Positions 35,778 to 49,644 are shown, counted from the first letter of the stretch. The stretch: DNA of 50,452 nt from Catajapyx aquilonaris (GCA_000934665.2 KZ538172.1:62001-112452), one strand, 5' to 3'. A program made the numbers and translations. Notes: generated by a model from the sequence alone, not told the origin.

Positions 35778-37268
35778 TATTGTTGGAACAGCCATTAAGT
35801 GAGCTTTCCAACAATGTACGTATAGCCTGGTATAGCCTGTAACTTACTGGTATGCTTGCATGGGGAGGGGCATGAGTGGAAGTGAGTGTCCAAAGATTTA
35901 TGCAAATAAATAATATGTGAGCTAACTTCTGAAACATGTGGTTTGCTGATGTGCAGTATGTGAAGATAGCAATAAGCAGACCTTGTCATCAGTGTTAATT
36001 AGGAATTTTGCCACATAATCCGGACAACAAAACAAGGTTGCCAACAGGTTCCTTACCAGGGGATGCAACAAAGGGGACAGGAGAAGTGGCTATTCAAAAA
36101 GTGGCGTCTGTTGGTTGCATGGTAACTGTTGCCTGGCAAGTTTGTTGGTGTGGGGGTGGAGAGAGACGACTATCTATCTATTATATTTCCAGAATAATTT
36201 TCCAACTTCCCGATGAGGCCGAGGGCTGAAACTTCATACACTCATTTCCTGGCTGATGTATATGTGCCCACTGAAAAGCCCGCTTAAAAGCTTAAAAAAG
36301 TGGCAGTAGGAGGGGGAGATGGTGGGAGGACCATTTTTCCCTGCCGATGATGCTGTGTATAGATGGCCTTTGCAGAGTATTGCAACACATGTTAGTGTGG
36401 CTTGGCTGTTCCCAAGTATTGCTTGTTTTGAGTCCCTGGATTGCCCAAAGTTTCCAAACGTATCAACTGCACTTTGGAGGTGTCTCTTTCTTTCGCTTAT
36501 AAAGACAGCTAATCATTGGGTTCCTTGCTGGTTGAGAAGTTTGGTTTATGGGGGAATATGGAGGGAAGGGATTGTGGGCAGGGCTATTTTAATATAGAAT
36601 GTCATGGCAACCACCGGGGTGGCGCACAATGGTCCCAATCAAGGGAAACTTGAGAAGTTGTATCCCCATGAAATTGGAAATGTGGGCGGCCGAACTCCAG
36701 GAACTGGATGGGGGGCATGGGAGTTCCATATTCTTCACTTTCTGCGAATCTACTAAGCATGATGTGATTTACATCATCTGCTTCCCATCACATTTTCTCG
36801 CATAATGATACACAATGTTTTAGTAAACACAGAGCTTTTCTTTGAACTCCATTCTATAGCGTCTAATAAGGCCTGGGGGAGACAGGCGTCCAGCTAGGTA
36901 TGGTATACTATTCTAATTCATGAATATTTACAATGTGAGATGGGTCTCCATTGAGGGAATGGAAAGCAAGGACCTGAAAGCTAAAGCTTTCAAGAAGAGA
37001 CCTTATCCTCAAGGGAAATATAACTGTAGCTTGTACAAATGGCACCTTCCAACCCTCCTCCATTAACTGTTACACTCAAATTTACCATGGAAAACATTTT
37101 AAAATGACGAATGCTGAATTCAGCAAGATTTTGTTGGATTGAAAAAGGGGAATCATTGGACTAGACTACCACAATAGTGCAACAGAAGGAATTTCCTCCA
37201 TCATTTTGGATATAACTCGATAAGTCCTTCTTGGATATACTATGAGCGTCAACAGGCTTGGTGGTGGG

Positions 37269-39130
37269 TGTAATATTAGGCCTTGGACAGACCGGTGAGT
37301 GGCCCTCGATCAGGCCCTCTGAGTAAGACATGTCCTGACCTGAGGAACTCTTTAAGTGTTTACTGAATGAGGTCACTCATAACAACCTGCCAGCTGACAA
37401 TGGACAATTGTGCCAACTGGCCAACAATATATCTCCCCCCTTTTAGTGGGGCATCACGAATACATCTTCCCCTCTTCGGCGGCGGGCGACATGTGGACTT
37501 TGGCTGCAGGACTGCCCTCCTCAGCACCTGCTTGATAACCACATCCTTTTTGTTGACCTTCAGGTCAGCGGTGTGGCCCAGGTTGTCCTCCAGGAGCAGC
37601 CAGACTGCTTCGTCTGGGGGGCGAGGGCCTCCAGCATGTACCAGTGGTATGGGACACAGGGACTCTCGTGTAGGTCCTCGGCACTGGAGGCATTGGCTGG
37701 TGTGTCTTCCACGGCTGCTTCGGCCAGGGCATCAGAGGGGACAGCGTCCATGGGCACCGGCTGTCGGTCCCTGAGGCTGCCTCGCACCGTGTCTCTCTTG
37801 AATTCTTCTTTGGATGACTTCTTCTTGACCATCTGGCTGTGTGCACCACTGCGCCTGGTCCCTCCTCCAGCAGCCGTTGGGTAGGCCAGGGATGAGCTGG
37901 ACTGGGGTCGCTTGCTATCTGACTTACTGGACATGGAGGAGCTGGAAGTCTCGTCCAGAACCGCCTTTCGCGTGTCTCGTTCATCTTGCTCCCCCCTCTC
38001 CTGCTCATCCAGAGGCTGTTGGGGTGACACCTACTGGACCTGAAGATTTCACCGGATGGGAGCCAATTAACCCTGGTATGGTGACGTGCCAGAAAGTTAT
38101 GTTAACCGTACCATGGGGTCTCTTAGGACCCCATGCCATATTTTAATGTTTATTAATTTTTATATAATGCTTTTCAATGTATTGACTATATGCAATCATT
38201 CTTTGAACAATGCCTAAAATGATCGCTAATTCAAAATAAACATGCACTTCCTGTTATATACTTTTTTTAAATGGCAAACAGTTCATTGCAATTGTAATTT
38301 TAATGCATTTTAATTCCTTCGGGGTCCTAAAAGACCCCACGTGTTCCAGCAACCCAGCAGCCTCAGGATGAGCAGGAGATGGGGGAGCAAGATGAACGTG
38401 AGGGTGAAGGACCCAAGGAAGGTGGTGCCAGATGAGACCTCCAGCTCCTCCATGTCCAGTAAGTCGGACAGCAGCGGACCCCAGTCCAGCTCATCCCTGG
38501 CCTACCCAACGGCCACTGGAGGAAGGACCAGGCACAGCGGTGCACACAGCGAGATGGTCAAGAAGAAGTCATCCAAAGAAGAATTCAAGAGAGACACGGT
38601 GCGAAGCAGCCTCAGGGACCCACAGCTGGTGCCCATGAACGTTGCCCATTCCAATGCCCCGGCCGAAGCAGTGGTGGAAGACACACCAGCCAATGCCTCC
38701 AGCGCCGAGGACCTATGCGAGAGTCGCTGTGTCCCATGCCGCCGGTACATGCTGGAGGCCCTCGCCTCCCAGATGAAGCAGTCCAGCTGCACCCTGGAGG
38801 ACAACCTGGGCCACACCACCGACCACCTGAAGGTCAACAAAAAGGACGTGGTCATCAAGCAGATGCTGAGGAGGGCATTCCTGCATCCAAAGTCCACAGG
38901 TCACCCGCCACCGAAGAGGGGAAGGTGTATTACGTGATGCCTCACTAAAAGGGGGAGATGTATTGTTGGCCAGTTGGCACAATTGTCTATTATCAGCTGG
39001 CAGGTTGTTATGATGAGTGACCACATTCAGACATTCAGTAAACACTTTCAGTTCCTAAAGTCAGGATGTGTCTTACTCAGAGGGCCTGATAGAGGGCCGC
39101 TCACCGGCCTGTCCAAGACCTAATATTACA
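37269..39130. mobile_element. Palindrome of two LTR-retroelement 3' ends (ORF tail + PPT + ~170-bp LTR) around a piggyBac-like end
   Basis: Arms 37269-38038 and 38345-39130 are inverted copies. PPT aaaagggggaga 38947-38958, then TGTATTGTTGG...CCTAATATTACA. Spacer has TTAA-CCCT at 38067-38074 and two ggggtc..gacccc motifs. Confidence 0.75.
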
Positions 39131-39395
39131 GTCGGTGGCTAGAATGGGTGGTGATAATGGCTGGTCCTGACCCGCCTACCTCCAATAAAGGTGGATGTAA
39201 GGGGGTCTGAAATAATGTTGCACAGTATTGCCACTTGCACTACAGTGTGGCGTAGAGTGGAGCAATGCTTCTCTTTCATCCAGTTAATGATACCTTTGTC
39301 CACATCACAAAGGACCAATTCCAGCAAGATTGGTTTTGTCTTTACCTACCTGAACTATATTTGAGATGTGTAAACAATGCAGTATATATCACATG

Positions 39396-39420
39396 CGTGG
39401 GCGTATCCAGGATGTAGGTT

Positions 39421-39467
<47 letters not shown>

Positions 39468-39576
39468 NNNNNNNNNNNNNNNNNNNNNNNNNNNNNNNNN
39501 NNNNNNNNNNNNNNNNNNNNNNNNNNNNNNNNNNGGGGGGGGGGGGCGGCAGCTGCCCCCCCTGGCTACGCCCATG
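39396..39576. mobile_element. Non-autonomous hAT element (spans an N gap)
   Basis: TIR C(A/G)TGGGCGTA(T/G)CCAGG; perfect 8-bp TSD atcacatg. Confidence 0.85.
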
Positions 39577-39921
39577 ATCACATGTCAATCTCCAACATTT
39601 TGGTGGAATTAATTTGATAATTTTTCCAAACCTTAAAAACCCATGGTCCAGATTTAGTTCTACCACTGCCAGATAATTTTTAGAAGTGACAGCCTACATA
39701 GGGACTTAAAAACAAACAAAAAATAAGGTTAGTGGGATGATTGATAGGCTTACAAAATCTATTACCGGCATAGTTCAAATAATTATTTGTTTGGCATGTT
39801 TTCTATGTGAATTTAGGGTTGTCTATAAAGACTGGTAACATCATGCTGTAGGCCTACTGCTGTAGTGTTGGAATTTGATAGAAGCTCTTTCACAAGTTGT
39901 TATGATCAAAATAATGGTACA

Positions 39922-40313
39922 TACTTGAATCGAGCAAAAGAAGAACAGCACAAGTCCATTTTTTGCGAAAATGAGATTATCATGGGATGTGGTAGTCCTT
40001 GTCCATGTGCATCGTTTGATGGAAAAGAAACACATGTCACTTGCATGAGTAAGGCAGGAGAACGGGACAAAGTTTGTATGTGTGCTGGAAGAACAGCACA
40101 TATCCCCGGATTTGTGCTGTTTTTCCGTCTCATTTCCTGGTGGTAATGTATTGAGTACCAAATTACATTTCTGGAAGCGTATGCCTGTCTGCTAATATAG
40201 CCGAAAGTATGAACTGTCAGTCGTGAACGGTAAGCTCTGTAATCAGTTTTTTGTCTCTCCTGAAAAAGTTGCATTTTGTGACATGTGCTGTTCTTCTTTT
40301 GCTCGTGCGACTA
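39922..40313. repeat. Diverged TIR element remnant
   Basis: cgagcaaaagaagaacagcac / gtgctgttcttcttttgctcg inverted pair. Confidence 0.55.
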
Positions 40314-42719
40314 TCAAGAAAATATCAGAACCTCTGGTGAGTAGGACACCTTGCATTATTAGGACCTGCACTAAAAATTATTGGTATAATGAAACCAATC
40401 CTGGAAAGAGTCTTCTTACTAGAAAGTGACTTTTGTATCCCTCATAAAGCAGTACCCACATTTTGATGAGTCAGAAAGAGATGTATTTTCTCCATAATTA
40501 TAATATACTGCTAGGTCACTCTTCTTGTGTCTCCTTTATGAAGGAGGTCCATGCAGTGGTCCTCATACATTAAATTAGCCGCTTGGCTAAGATTGAAATA
40601 TCTTGCCAACATTGCCTTGTCACTACGCCTTATTGTGGCTATTTTGACCTTTGCTCAGAAATGTTTCTAACATTGTACATGTGCCTTTGGTACCTGTAAG
40701 GATTGACCCTGCTACTTTCAACATTTTTGTACACTGGCACTCAAATGTCAAGTTGGCATGATAGTGATAGATAGTCATGTCGCCAAGTGACCTCTTGCCA
40801 GCAATGCATGAGTTTGGTGAATGTGCATGTACGGATGCCAACATATATAGCAGTTATGCCACTACTTGTTTCCCAACCCTTACACTATCTTACAACAGTC
40901 TTCAAATTTTGCATGAATAGATACTCTCATTTGCTACCTTTTTGTCATATTATAAATGGCATTTCAGCAGCACTGCGGCTTTATTCTTTCACCAGCGGAA
41001 ATGTTCTTGCAGACAGATCATATATGCACCAAAGAACTACCTCCTTTTTTTGCAAATAATGTGACACAATACATCTAGTGGTTTGTTTATTGGAAAGTAG
41101 GTGAATCTGTGAAACTGCAGTTTGTGAGTGTTAACGTTATGTTCAGTTACTATAAGCATAGATAAAATCTAATCATATTGGTCGCCATTCACTTCTAAAT
41201 GGTCCTTAATTCTACATTAATTCCAGACCGTGCTGTAAATATGAAACTGGAACATGCATGATGCAATCATTATTTTAAAAATGAATATGCCTAATCAAGT
41301 GGATTGTACTAATGTGATGTGACAAATTTGAAGAGTGCTACATGGGGCCACAGGCAAACTGGAACTCAAGCAACAAGTCAAAGCAGGTGCATGCATTTCC
41401 CATGGCCTGTCTCAAGAGTTTCATGCAGGTGTGGAAATGAATTATTGACTTCAGCATATTCATTGAAATCTGAATTGAGTGAGAAGGGGATGAAAGTGAA
41501 AGGCGGGTGAATATTGAATGGAATTCGCATGGTTACGGAATATTGGAAAATTGCATTTTGCTTTTGAACATCTCATCTTCCCCTTGTCAGGTAATGTCCA
41601 CTAACCATTAAAAGATATACATATATGGATGTCAGAATTGAGTTGGTGTATGGACCACCATAGCAACTTGCTAACTGACAAAACCTGCATCATTTAATCA
41701 GGTGACGTCAAAAGGCTGGGGTCGTTTCATGTGAAATCCCTGTGGCCTTGCCCGCTCAGTTTTGTTTGCAGACTACATTATGTATGGTTCAATCATCACA
41801 GCAAGTGCTCATTAATTCAGGACCCGTGAAGTGATTTTTTTCAGGCACTGCCTTTAAATTAAATCACATCTAAAATTTCACACCAAGTTATTAATGGCAC
41901 ACATTCGTGTACAACATTATATGAATTTAAATTCTGCTAGGTGTGACACCTGTTGCATGCCAAGTTTATAATGAGAATGTACAGTAGTATTGTATAATTC
42001 CCCAATTTGCTTTCATACAACCAGCTATTGACTCCCATGAGATGCATTAAACTGTCCCATTTGACCCCTCCTTTTGCTTATTCCCCATGTAGACTATACT
42101 GACCCAGTAGGTGTACAAGTGTTAAAGTGGCCAGTCAGCTCTGCCTGCATCACCAATGGACCTCTGCATCCCTCCCTGGACCTGTCAGTGCAACTATAGG
42201 AAGGCCAGACAATGGAAGCTGCTGGCTATTTCAGCCACCCAACAGGATTAACCTACTCTACTCCCACTAGGTTTGCTAATGTTATTGATCACGAGTACAG
42301 GTTCATGTTTTGCAAAAGCATCTTCGACTAGTCTGCAGGGCCTTTTGCATTTGTTTGGTGCACAATTTGCACTGCAAATAAACCGCCATACATCACTCTT
42401 GTTCAGAAGATACCGGTACCAATCGAAGTAGTTATGGTAACTATTCATATATGAAAATTAATATATTAAATTTTTATTTATTTATAGATTAACCTAAAAG
42501 TAATTGTAGTAATGGAAAAGTTGCTAAATTTCGTTATATCATATTTTCAGCAGGTGTGTTTGTGAAATTTTATTTGGGGCATTTTATGCGTCTAGTTCGT
42601 CTTTGAATTTTTTGATTGTTTACTCGTGGCGTGTGGTAAACATGTTGGGGGGAGGTCAGTCACTGGTGTGCTTTTCCAAGGACGCCACTTATTGTTACCT
42701 GCTGAGGTATTGTTGAGAC

Positions 42720-44900
42720 CGAAAGTGCTTCCAATCAGAGAAAATTTACTTCCACTTTCCTAGGTCTTCGCTAGCAATAACCATCAATTTTTGGGGGAGA
42801 TTGCTGCTAAATTTAACCTGAACCTTTCCTGGCATATAATGTTTACGGGTGTATTTCAGTTTGTTTTCCTACTGGCACCAATAACACGCTCGAGTAATTT
42901 CGGCTTCAATTACTCTGAGTCTGATATTTAATCCGGGAGTAACACCTAGACAAGGTATCGTCTGAATGAAATGTTTTTTTATTGTATTATCGACTTTCAT
43001 TATAATTAGTGCTACATTCAATACAGATGGCGAGACTGCATGACTTGAAACTTAATCCTGAAAGTTTGGTAGCCGCAATGGAATTTTAATCAATTTAGGG
43101 CAGAATAGGTTCCAACTATTTTTATCGCGCGTAACTATCTGTCCTTGACATTTTATGTCTCTAGTTGTCTTTTGATATCGATGAAAATTGGCGCTTCCAG
43201 GCATATCGACGTTCTGCAGAAGATGCGTCCCATTTTTTTTCCAAGGGGTTAACCACTTCGGTACTACTCCAGTGTACACCTACAGTTGGTACTCCCAGGT
43301 ACTCCTTATGTACCTTAGGTACTTGAATTAGGTAGATCTACTCCAGTGTACACTTTACAGCTAGTGGTTAACCCCTTGTTTTTTTCATCCAGAAAAATTG
43401 GGTAACAATTGTTTCAATTTCACGGATCTATTAATTACTGCCCGATACTATTAGATTAATAGTCAACAAACCCTTGCGCAGTGGGTTCAAAACCTGTTGT
43501 TCTCCCTCAAGCAGGTTATAGAAGCCATCGTGCCTACTGAATATTAGCCTCCTCCCTTATTAGCGCCAACTTGTATCTTAGATCGTGACACACAAGTCTA
43601 TTTTGTGACACATGCGCAATCTGCGCACCTATCGTCCACAAATCTCTGAACCGACGGGTGCTCCACATGTGTTCAATGCCACCTTGCAAAATGACTGCCA
43701 ATTTATATCCGCCTTGAAACTTCGCAGTTTTGAGCACGACGCAACATTTGGAGTGCACTGTACAGTATAGTGCTCCAGGGACTTTTGTTCTAAATATTAA
43801 TTTTTCTGAATAAATAATACCGCCTGTAATAGCAATCCACTTTAAAATTTCTAAACACACTATTTTTGTAGCAGGTTCAATCTGACAGGTGGTCGGGTGT
43901 GCCAAATGTACCATTCACACTGCATCATCGCATGATTCGTACACTTCCGCTGTCATTCTGTTCATTGTCGACAATTTCAAATAAAACTTGTTCTATTTCC
44001 GTCTGTAAAAAGGGCGTGGCTAGGTGTTCTCAAATTTTTTTTATTTAAATTCATATATTGATCCACCTTGCACAGTACATACACTCGTTTCACCCCCAAT
44101 AATGTCCTTCTAAAAGTTGAACCGGGGGGAGGGGGGGTGAATTGATCCGCAGAACCGTCGCCTAAAATACGGTGGCCTCATTTCCCCATCATACAACTAG
44201 CCTCCACCAGATGGCACGCATCATTTTGGATGCCGGCCGGCCGGCTTTTGTGCATAAAACCAGACCCCCAACAGGATATAACTTTCTTACTATTATTTTT
44301 TTCATACAAAAAAAAATCCAGACTAAATTTTAGGATTATATCTACCCCCAAATTTTGAGTAGGGGGTTCAACGGACCTTAGGATCCGTTATAAGGGGAGA
44401 GCAGCTGCCTGTTGAGAGAAAAAGGGCTCCGAATAAAAGGTGGAAAAGTAAGAAAGAGACTGGGAGGATAGCCTCACAAACCAGGCGTCGCTCATATGTA
44501 TCTATGAAGGTACTGATGTCCTTCATTACATCTGATCGATTCGGATCACAATCGATAGTTTTTTAAAATATATAATTGATGATGGGGGTAAATAGGATTA
44601 GGGTGTCATTGAAAAGGTAAAAACCTGGTAGGGGGGTCATCCAGTTCAAATGATGACCCGACTATTTTCCTTTGGTGTTGACTTCCTGGAAAGGCTGCTC
44701 GAGTTACATGTGCAAAGTAGGACGAAGCCTGCTGAATAAGTGATATGGGAGGAATGGGAATGAGCGCAACGGCATCAAGATTCTATTGGCGTATAACTAG
44801 TGGACATAATTTAAGCAAGTAGAAGCGAAGACCCCTCATGGTAAAAAATTTCTTCCGTGCTTCCAGTCCTTTTGCTCATTTCCGCCGGAAATACCCCCCC
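42720..44900 (+). mobile_element. Decayed LINE ORF2 (RT region)
   Basis: EIAAKFN, NYFYRA.LSVL (~NYRPISVL), TGAPH...LKLRSFEHDAT (~GVPQG...LFADDAT), TKFLGLYLPPNFE (~TKFLGVxLDxNL). Confidence 0.65.
43242..43378. mobile_element. Tiny hAT- or P-like MITE inserted in the LINE fossil
   Basis: TIR CAAGGGGTTAACCACT / AGTGGTTAACCCCTTG; 8-bp TSD tttttttc; internal direct repeat ctactccagtgtacac. Confidence 0.8.
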
Positions 44901-46126
44901 AACTAATCCCCCAGACTCCCACCACTTGTCTGGTAGCTCTTAGCGTAACTAATTAACCTAGTGCCTTTTGCGAAATAAGATTATTCGCCATAGTGATACA
45001 CGATTTCCGCGTAAACTAATATTGCAAATCCTCTTCTCAGCAACACCCACGCATCTTCTAGTTTCGAAATGAAGTACCTATATATTTCGAAAGCATTAGG
45101 CACGAAGCCAGGAAGCGCGCCACTGTACTGTAAACTGTATCAAAATGTCTACGTTCCACAACATAGTAAATGCAGAAAAATTCTAGCTTGTTGGCTCATT
45201 ATGGCTGTCTCAATCTTTTTGACCGATATAGTACACACCAAGGGAGGCAGGAAATACCTTTCTCCCCCTACCATTCCAAGCTTATTTGCGATGTCTGCTC
45301 TATGTTTGGCTCTGGTCCCCCCCACAAAAATCACATGGCATTTCCAAGCGTGTAGTCCGATGCCATGGGAACCACGTATGATGATGCACCTCCCCATCTC
45401 AAGGATAAAACCTAAGTGCATAATAGTGCACAAACGAGGATATTTTCTACCCCGTCCGTTTCAAGGCAAACAAGGCTTGGAAATACCATCCATTGCCTAA
45501 CCACGTTTTTATATATATATATATATATATAAAATGGTGGGGCCTCAACCATTCTACAAAACACCCCTGCCATCACGTGATATTATCGACTAACTGCTCC
45601 AGAAAGAGGTTGCACGAGCCTGGCCTCATCATTCATTCATCATTGCATATCCCCCACTAATTGTCACCCGATCGACTCTAAAAAAGGGTGAGTCCAACCT
45701 ATAAATCAATGGTCTAATAATAAACCGACCGGTAAATCTAATTGATGAAATGGTTAAAACTAACGAATGTGGCGGCGTCTAGCAGGCGTGTCCTACCCTA
45801 CTGAATCGATGGCGTGGGACGGGCGTCTAGGGCGTCGGCAATGGGGGGTGGATGGGTGGAGGGCATCGTCCCGGTTAAGTGGGGGGGGGGGGGGGATNCA
45901 GGAGATCAATAGCTGAGGATGGGGTGCCCTTTACTTACGATATTGATAGGGGGCTTGGCTCAAATTTATATACCGTACAGTACAAATGCGGCTGGCGGCA
46001 AAATAGCGAATCGCTCCAACAGTGTACTCTGCAAAAAAAAAAGAGGGGTCAAGGATATGGCAAGGGGGTGACCTTGTCACGCTAAGCATATTACATACTG
46101 CAAATAAAAACGCAATTGCCACTCGT

Positions 46127-49100
46127 TTTATTATGGTCCACTCATACTGTACAATTGTTTAAAAACTAGCACTTTTGTTCAATCACTTGCACTCACTGCA
46201 CTAATGTCCCCTGAAAATTAAACACCGGGGTAGTCTCAAACCTATGTGACCAACCCGCTGAGTCGTCTGGGATGTCTGGATGTGTCGTATGGAGTCATCC
46301 AGGCTGGATGGTGAACCGCTGGGCAACGGTGAACCCTGTGGAGTAGCAGAAGACAGGCAAAGGGGGATATGCAAAAAAACACTGGTTACAAATTTCACTG
46401 GGCTCAATTGTGCAACAACAAACTGCGTTTTTTATCCCCTCAGGGTAGTGCGGACGACACGAAGTCCGACAACACACTGCAAATGATGCGCAACTGGCTG
46501 CTGCAGAGGAGGATCGACGAGAAGTGACACCCCAACTGGCCCATTGGCACCAACTGCAAGGTAGGGTGATGTCACCAAACAACACTGTGCTTTCATTCTT
46601 TTGATTATTTTTTTTTTGTATATATTTTGTTTTTGTACTAATCAATCTAAAAAACTGGGGTATTGGGAGTATATCGTGGAAAGGTCAGCAAGCACACAAT
46701 TTATTGCCTTGTACAATCACTTGTTCCCTGGCCAACATTCACTCAGTGGTGGAAAATAAGCAACTTTGTACAGCAGCTGCTTCGTTTTATTCACGAACCT
46801 GTTACGTATATATTTCGTGACAAAAATTTAAACAATGTACATCATTTTTTGGGGGAGTACAACCTTTTTTCAAAAAAGCCTGGGGAGGGGGGTAAAGTGG
46901 TTTAGGAAGGCGTCCGAGGAGACATCTGTTGGAACGGGGCAAGCAGTGTGGTCGACCTCAGAAATGAAGTCAAGGTGAGCGGAAATAGCCTCCAGACCCC
47001 CCCTCCCTCTTCTTCCCCCCACAATTTTTTTGGGGGAGGGGGGTGCCCATCTCCCCCCTTACAACCGGCCCTCCTTGAGAAACGTCTTGAAACTACCCCC
47101 CCATATATCCAATAAGCTGGACGCGCGCATCCCCCCCATACTTTTGACACCAATCTTGTGAGATATCTACGCCCTTGGATACAAAAAAAATACCAGATTA
47201 AAAATAATCTACGGCTGATATTAGCCGCATGATAGTACCAATAGCATGAGGACTATTCAACAGGTCACTCGACTTTTGCATCCAAACGTGCCTAACTCCA
47301 ATTAGCACATTTGCCCGGCGCAGCCCACTCGATTCGTGTTCAGAAGAGTTCAACGCCATCGAATCACTGTCACGGTCCAAGAGGGGGGGGGGGGGGGGGN
47401 NCATGGGGGGGGGGGGGGGTACATAAAAAACAGGGGGTACCTGTCTTGGGGGGGGTCAAAACGAGGCACGCGAATCTGTAGTTCCACCCCCCTTACTTTT
47501 TCGCATGCCAACTCTAGGAAGTGTCAGGAATATTGGTTAGGATTATGGGAATTGCGGTTTATTTATTTATGATTTATCCCGTAAGTATCGTACCAATCCA
47601 TGTTTTCTTTTTTTATTATTATTATTTGGGCGTACAGTTTTTGTGAACACTGCACTTGCTGGTGGGTAGTACGCTCTTTTTTTCTTTTTTTTTTTGAACG
47701 AAACAGGAAAAGGAACACTAAATTAAGCACAGGTGTTTAGGAATGTAGCGCGCACTAGCGGTCACGTATTTTTTCCCACTGAGAAAGTAGTGGCCCTTAC
47801 CGTATTTTTTATTATGACACTACATTCCTGTGCAAGTTCAAATTCTCACAATGTGCCATTTAAGGGAATTGCAACTTATACCTTGACATTTTTTTAAAAA
47901 ATAAATGGGAGTTCACACTTATACAAAATATAGGCGAAAGGATAATTGGCGGAGAAAAAGGGTAAAAAATAATGGGGTGGATCAAGCGTAACATTGCAAA
48001 TGAAAAAAGGTAGTCACTAGTTCCAGTCCAAAATAATTTACTAACCACTCTTGTGACTTGAACCCATTTGGTTCCAATTCTATGCACGGCTACATATTTT
48101 CCCACCCAAATTTTTCACTTGCTATGAGCCCAAAACAAATAGTACCGTTCAGTTTTATTGCCTGACGAAAGGATTATTTTTTTAAACATGATCACCATGT
48201 CTCCTTAGTAATCACAAACATTGTTGGCTAATTCCTTTCTGCAGGATGGGTAGGGCAGATAAAATCCAAAGAAATGGCTACAGACACTTCCAAACCTATT
48301 TTATGATTCGTCCGGCACTGATTACACAGAGGTGGAAATTTTTTCGCTTTCTTTCTGTCTAAAAACCTTAAGATACTGGAGAAAAAAAATGTTCTGAACT
48401 CCTCAACATCACTATTCTGAAACCACAGGCAAAAGTCCCAGTATTCCTTCAAGCGGACTGTAAACCAACAATGATGATTCTTATATATTTTTTTTGTGAA
48501 CATGGGAGGGGGTGGTGGGGGGGATTGGAAAAAAAAATTATGACAATTATGATGAAACTGGGGGTTAACCTTTTATCCTGTTTTGGTTATTCTCCTTGTG
48601 ACGTTGCTGTCCTTCTGTTGCTTTTTTTTTCTGAGTACAGATGGCCTTCTTAGGTGTAGGGTAGTAGTTGGCGGCTCAAAGCTTTCTTTCTGTCACCAAA
48701 AAAACAGGAGCGGCTGCTGTTGTTGTTTTGTTTGTAGTTTGGTCTCCGCACTTCCGCCGGCATTCTTTATTTTTCTGTATATGCAGGCTGCCAGACTTGG
48801 GGGTATGGAGTGGTCGTTGGATCCAGAGGGTGGGGCAATTTTTTTTATTACTCCTTTGCGCTTAATCCCCAACAAACTTTTCAGTCCCTTGTATGTCAGT
48901 AACCTCACCATTTGTCAAGGATCGGACATAAGTAAGTCAAACAACTAAGACAATTAAAAAAATTCCACGCTCGTTACACTTATGCTACAGACAAAAAAAA
49001 AAATCATCCATTTTTTTGTCTCATGTATCAGGATACCTCTGCTTTTGATCTATATTATACCTCGGCACTCGAAGTGGAAAAGTCACAAATTATTATTGTG

Positions 49101-49385
49101 ACCATGCCATTGAGGACATACACACAACACACACTAAGATTTTTAGACAGGTACATTACATGCGCTCTTTACTATTAAAAAATAACTTGTGGTTTGCTGC
49201 TTCTTTTTTCTCTCTCTTTTGGTGGCAAATATATTCCTGTTTTTATCCTTTTTCAGGTGGGTATTTTGTCAGCTGTCTTGTTGACCACTCCGTATCCCCA
49301 AGCAGAAGGGGCCAAAGACCCCACTGTTTATACCGCAGTCATGGTGCTTTTTTCTGTTTCTCTCAAATGTCTTTAGTCCACTTTT
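46127..49385 (-). other. Probable long 3' UTR of the acidic protein gene
   Basis: No recognisable transposon remnants, many A/T homopolymer runs. Minus-strand AATAAA at 48844-48849 and 46127-46132, the latter followed by a T-rich element. Confidence 0.45.
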
Positions 49386-49441
49386 TTATGCATCGTCTTC
49401 TTCCTCCTCCCCTTCTCCTTCCACCTCATCCTCCTCTTCTT
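49386..49441 (-). CDS. Last coding exon of the acidic protein gene
   Basis: tgttttctag|(E)EEEDEVEGEGEEEEDDA*; frame joins the phase-1 donor at 49644 exactly. Confidence 0.8.
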
Positions 49442-49644
49442 CTAGAAAACAAGGGGGAATGGGCATAAGGGGCTGACTCCTAACTATTGCCTCTCCGCCC
49501 ACTAGATTATGCAAATTAACCGCTCTCTACACCTCAGCCATTTTTCCTTACCCTTTCAAAAACACAGAGTAGGGGGGACTGAACTGTTGAAGCCATGCAA
49601 ATTGCATAATCGGCAGGAATAACTAGCAAGACACTTTAACTCAC

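Noticed and set aside
36114..36126. RFX X-box-like GTTGCATGGTAAC
   Set aside because: No nearby TSS evidence; it lies in repeat-like intergenic DNA.
39420..39550. Poly-G tracts and N runs as a G-quadruplex or telomere-like feature
   Set aside because: They are internal to hAT MITEs and coincide with assembly gaps, so tract lengths are unreliable.
43500..45500. ORFs 43534-43914, 45069-45500 and 45149-45433 as genes
   Set aside because: The first is antisense to a decayed LINE RT. The others have no recognisable motifs or splice context.
46200..49470. Short ORFs as separate genes
   Set aside because: They are driven by homopolymer runs, have no motifs, and are better explained as 3' UTR.
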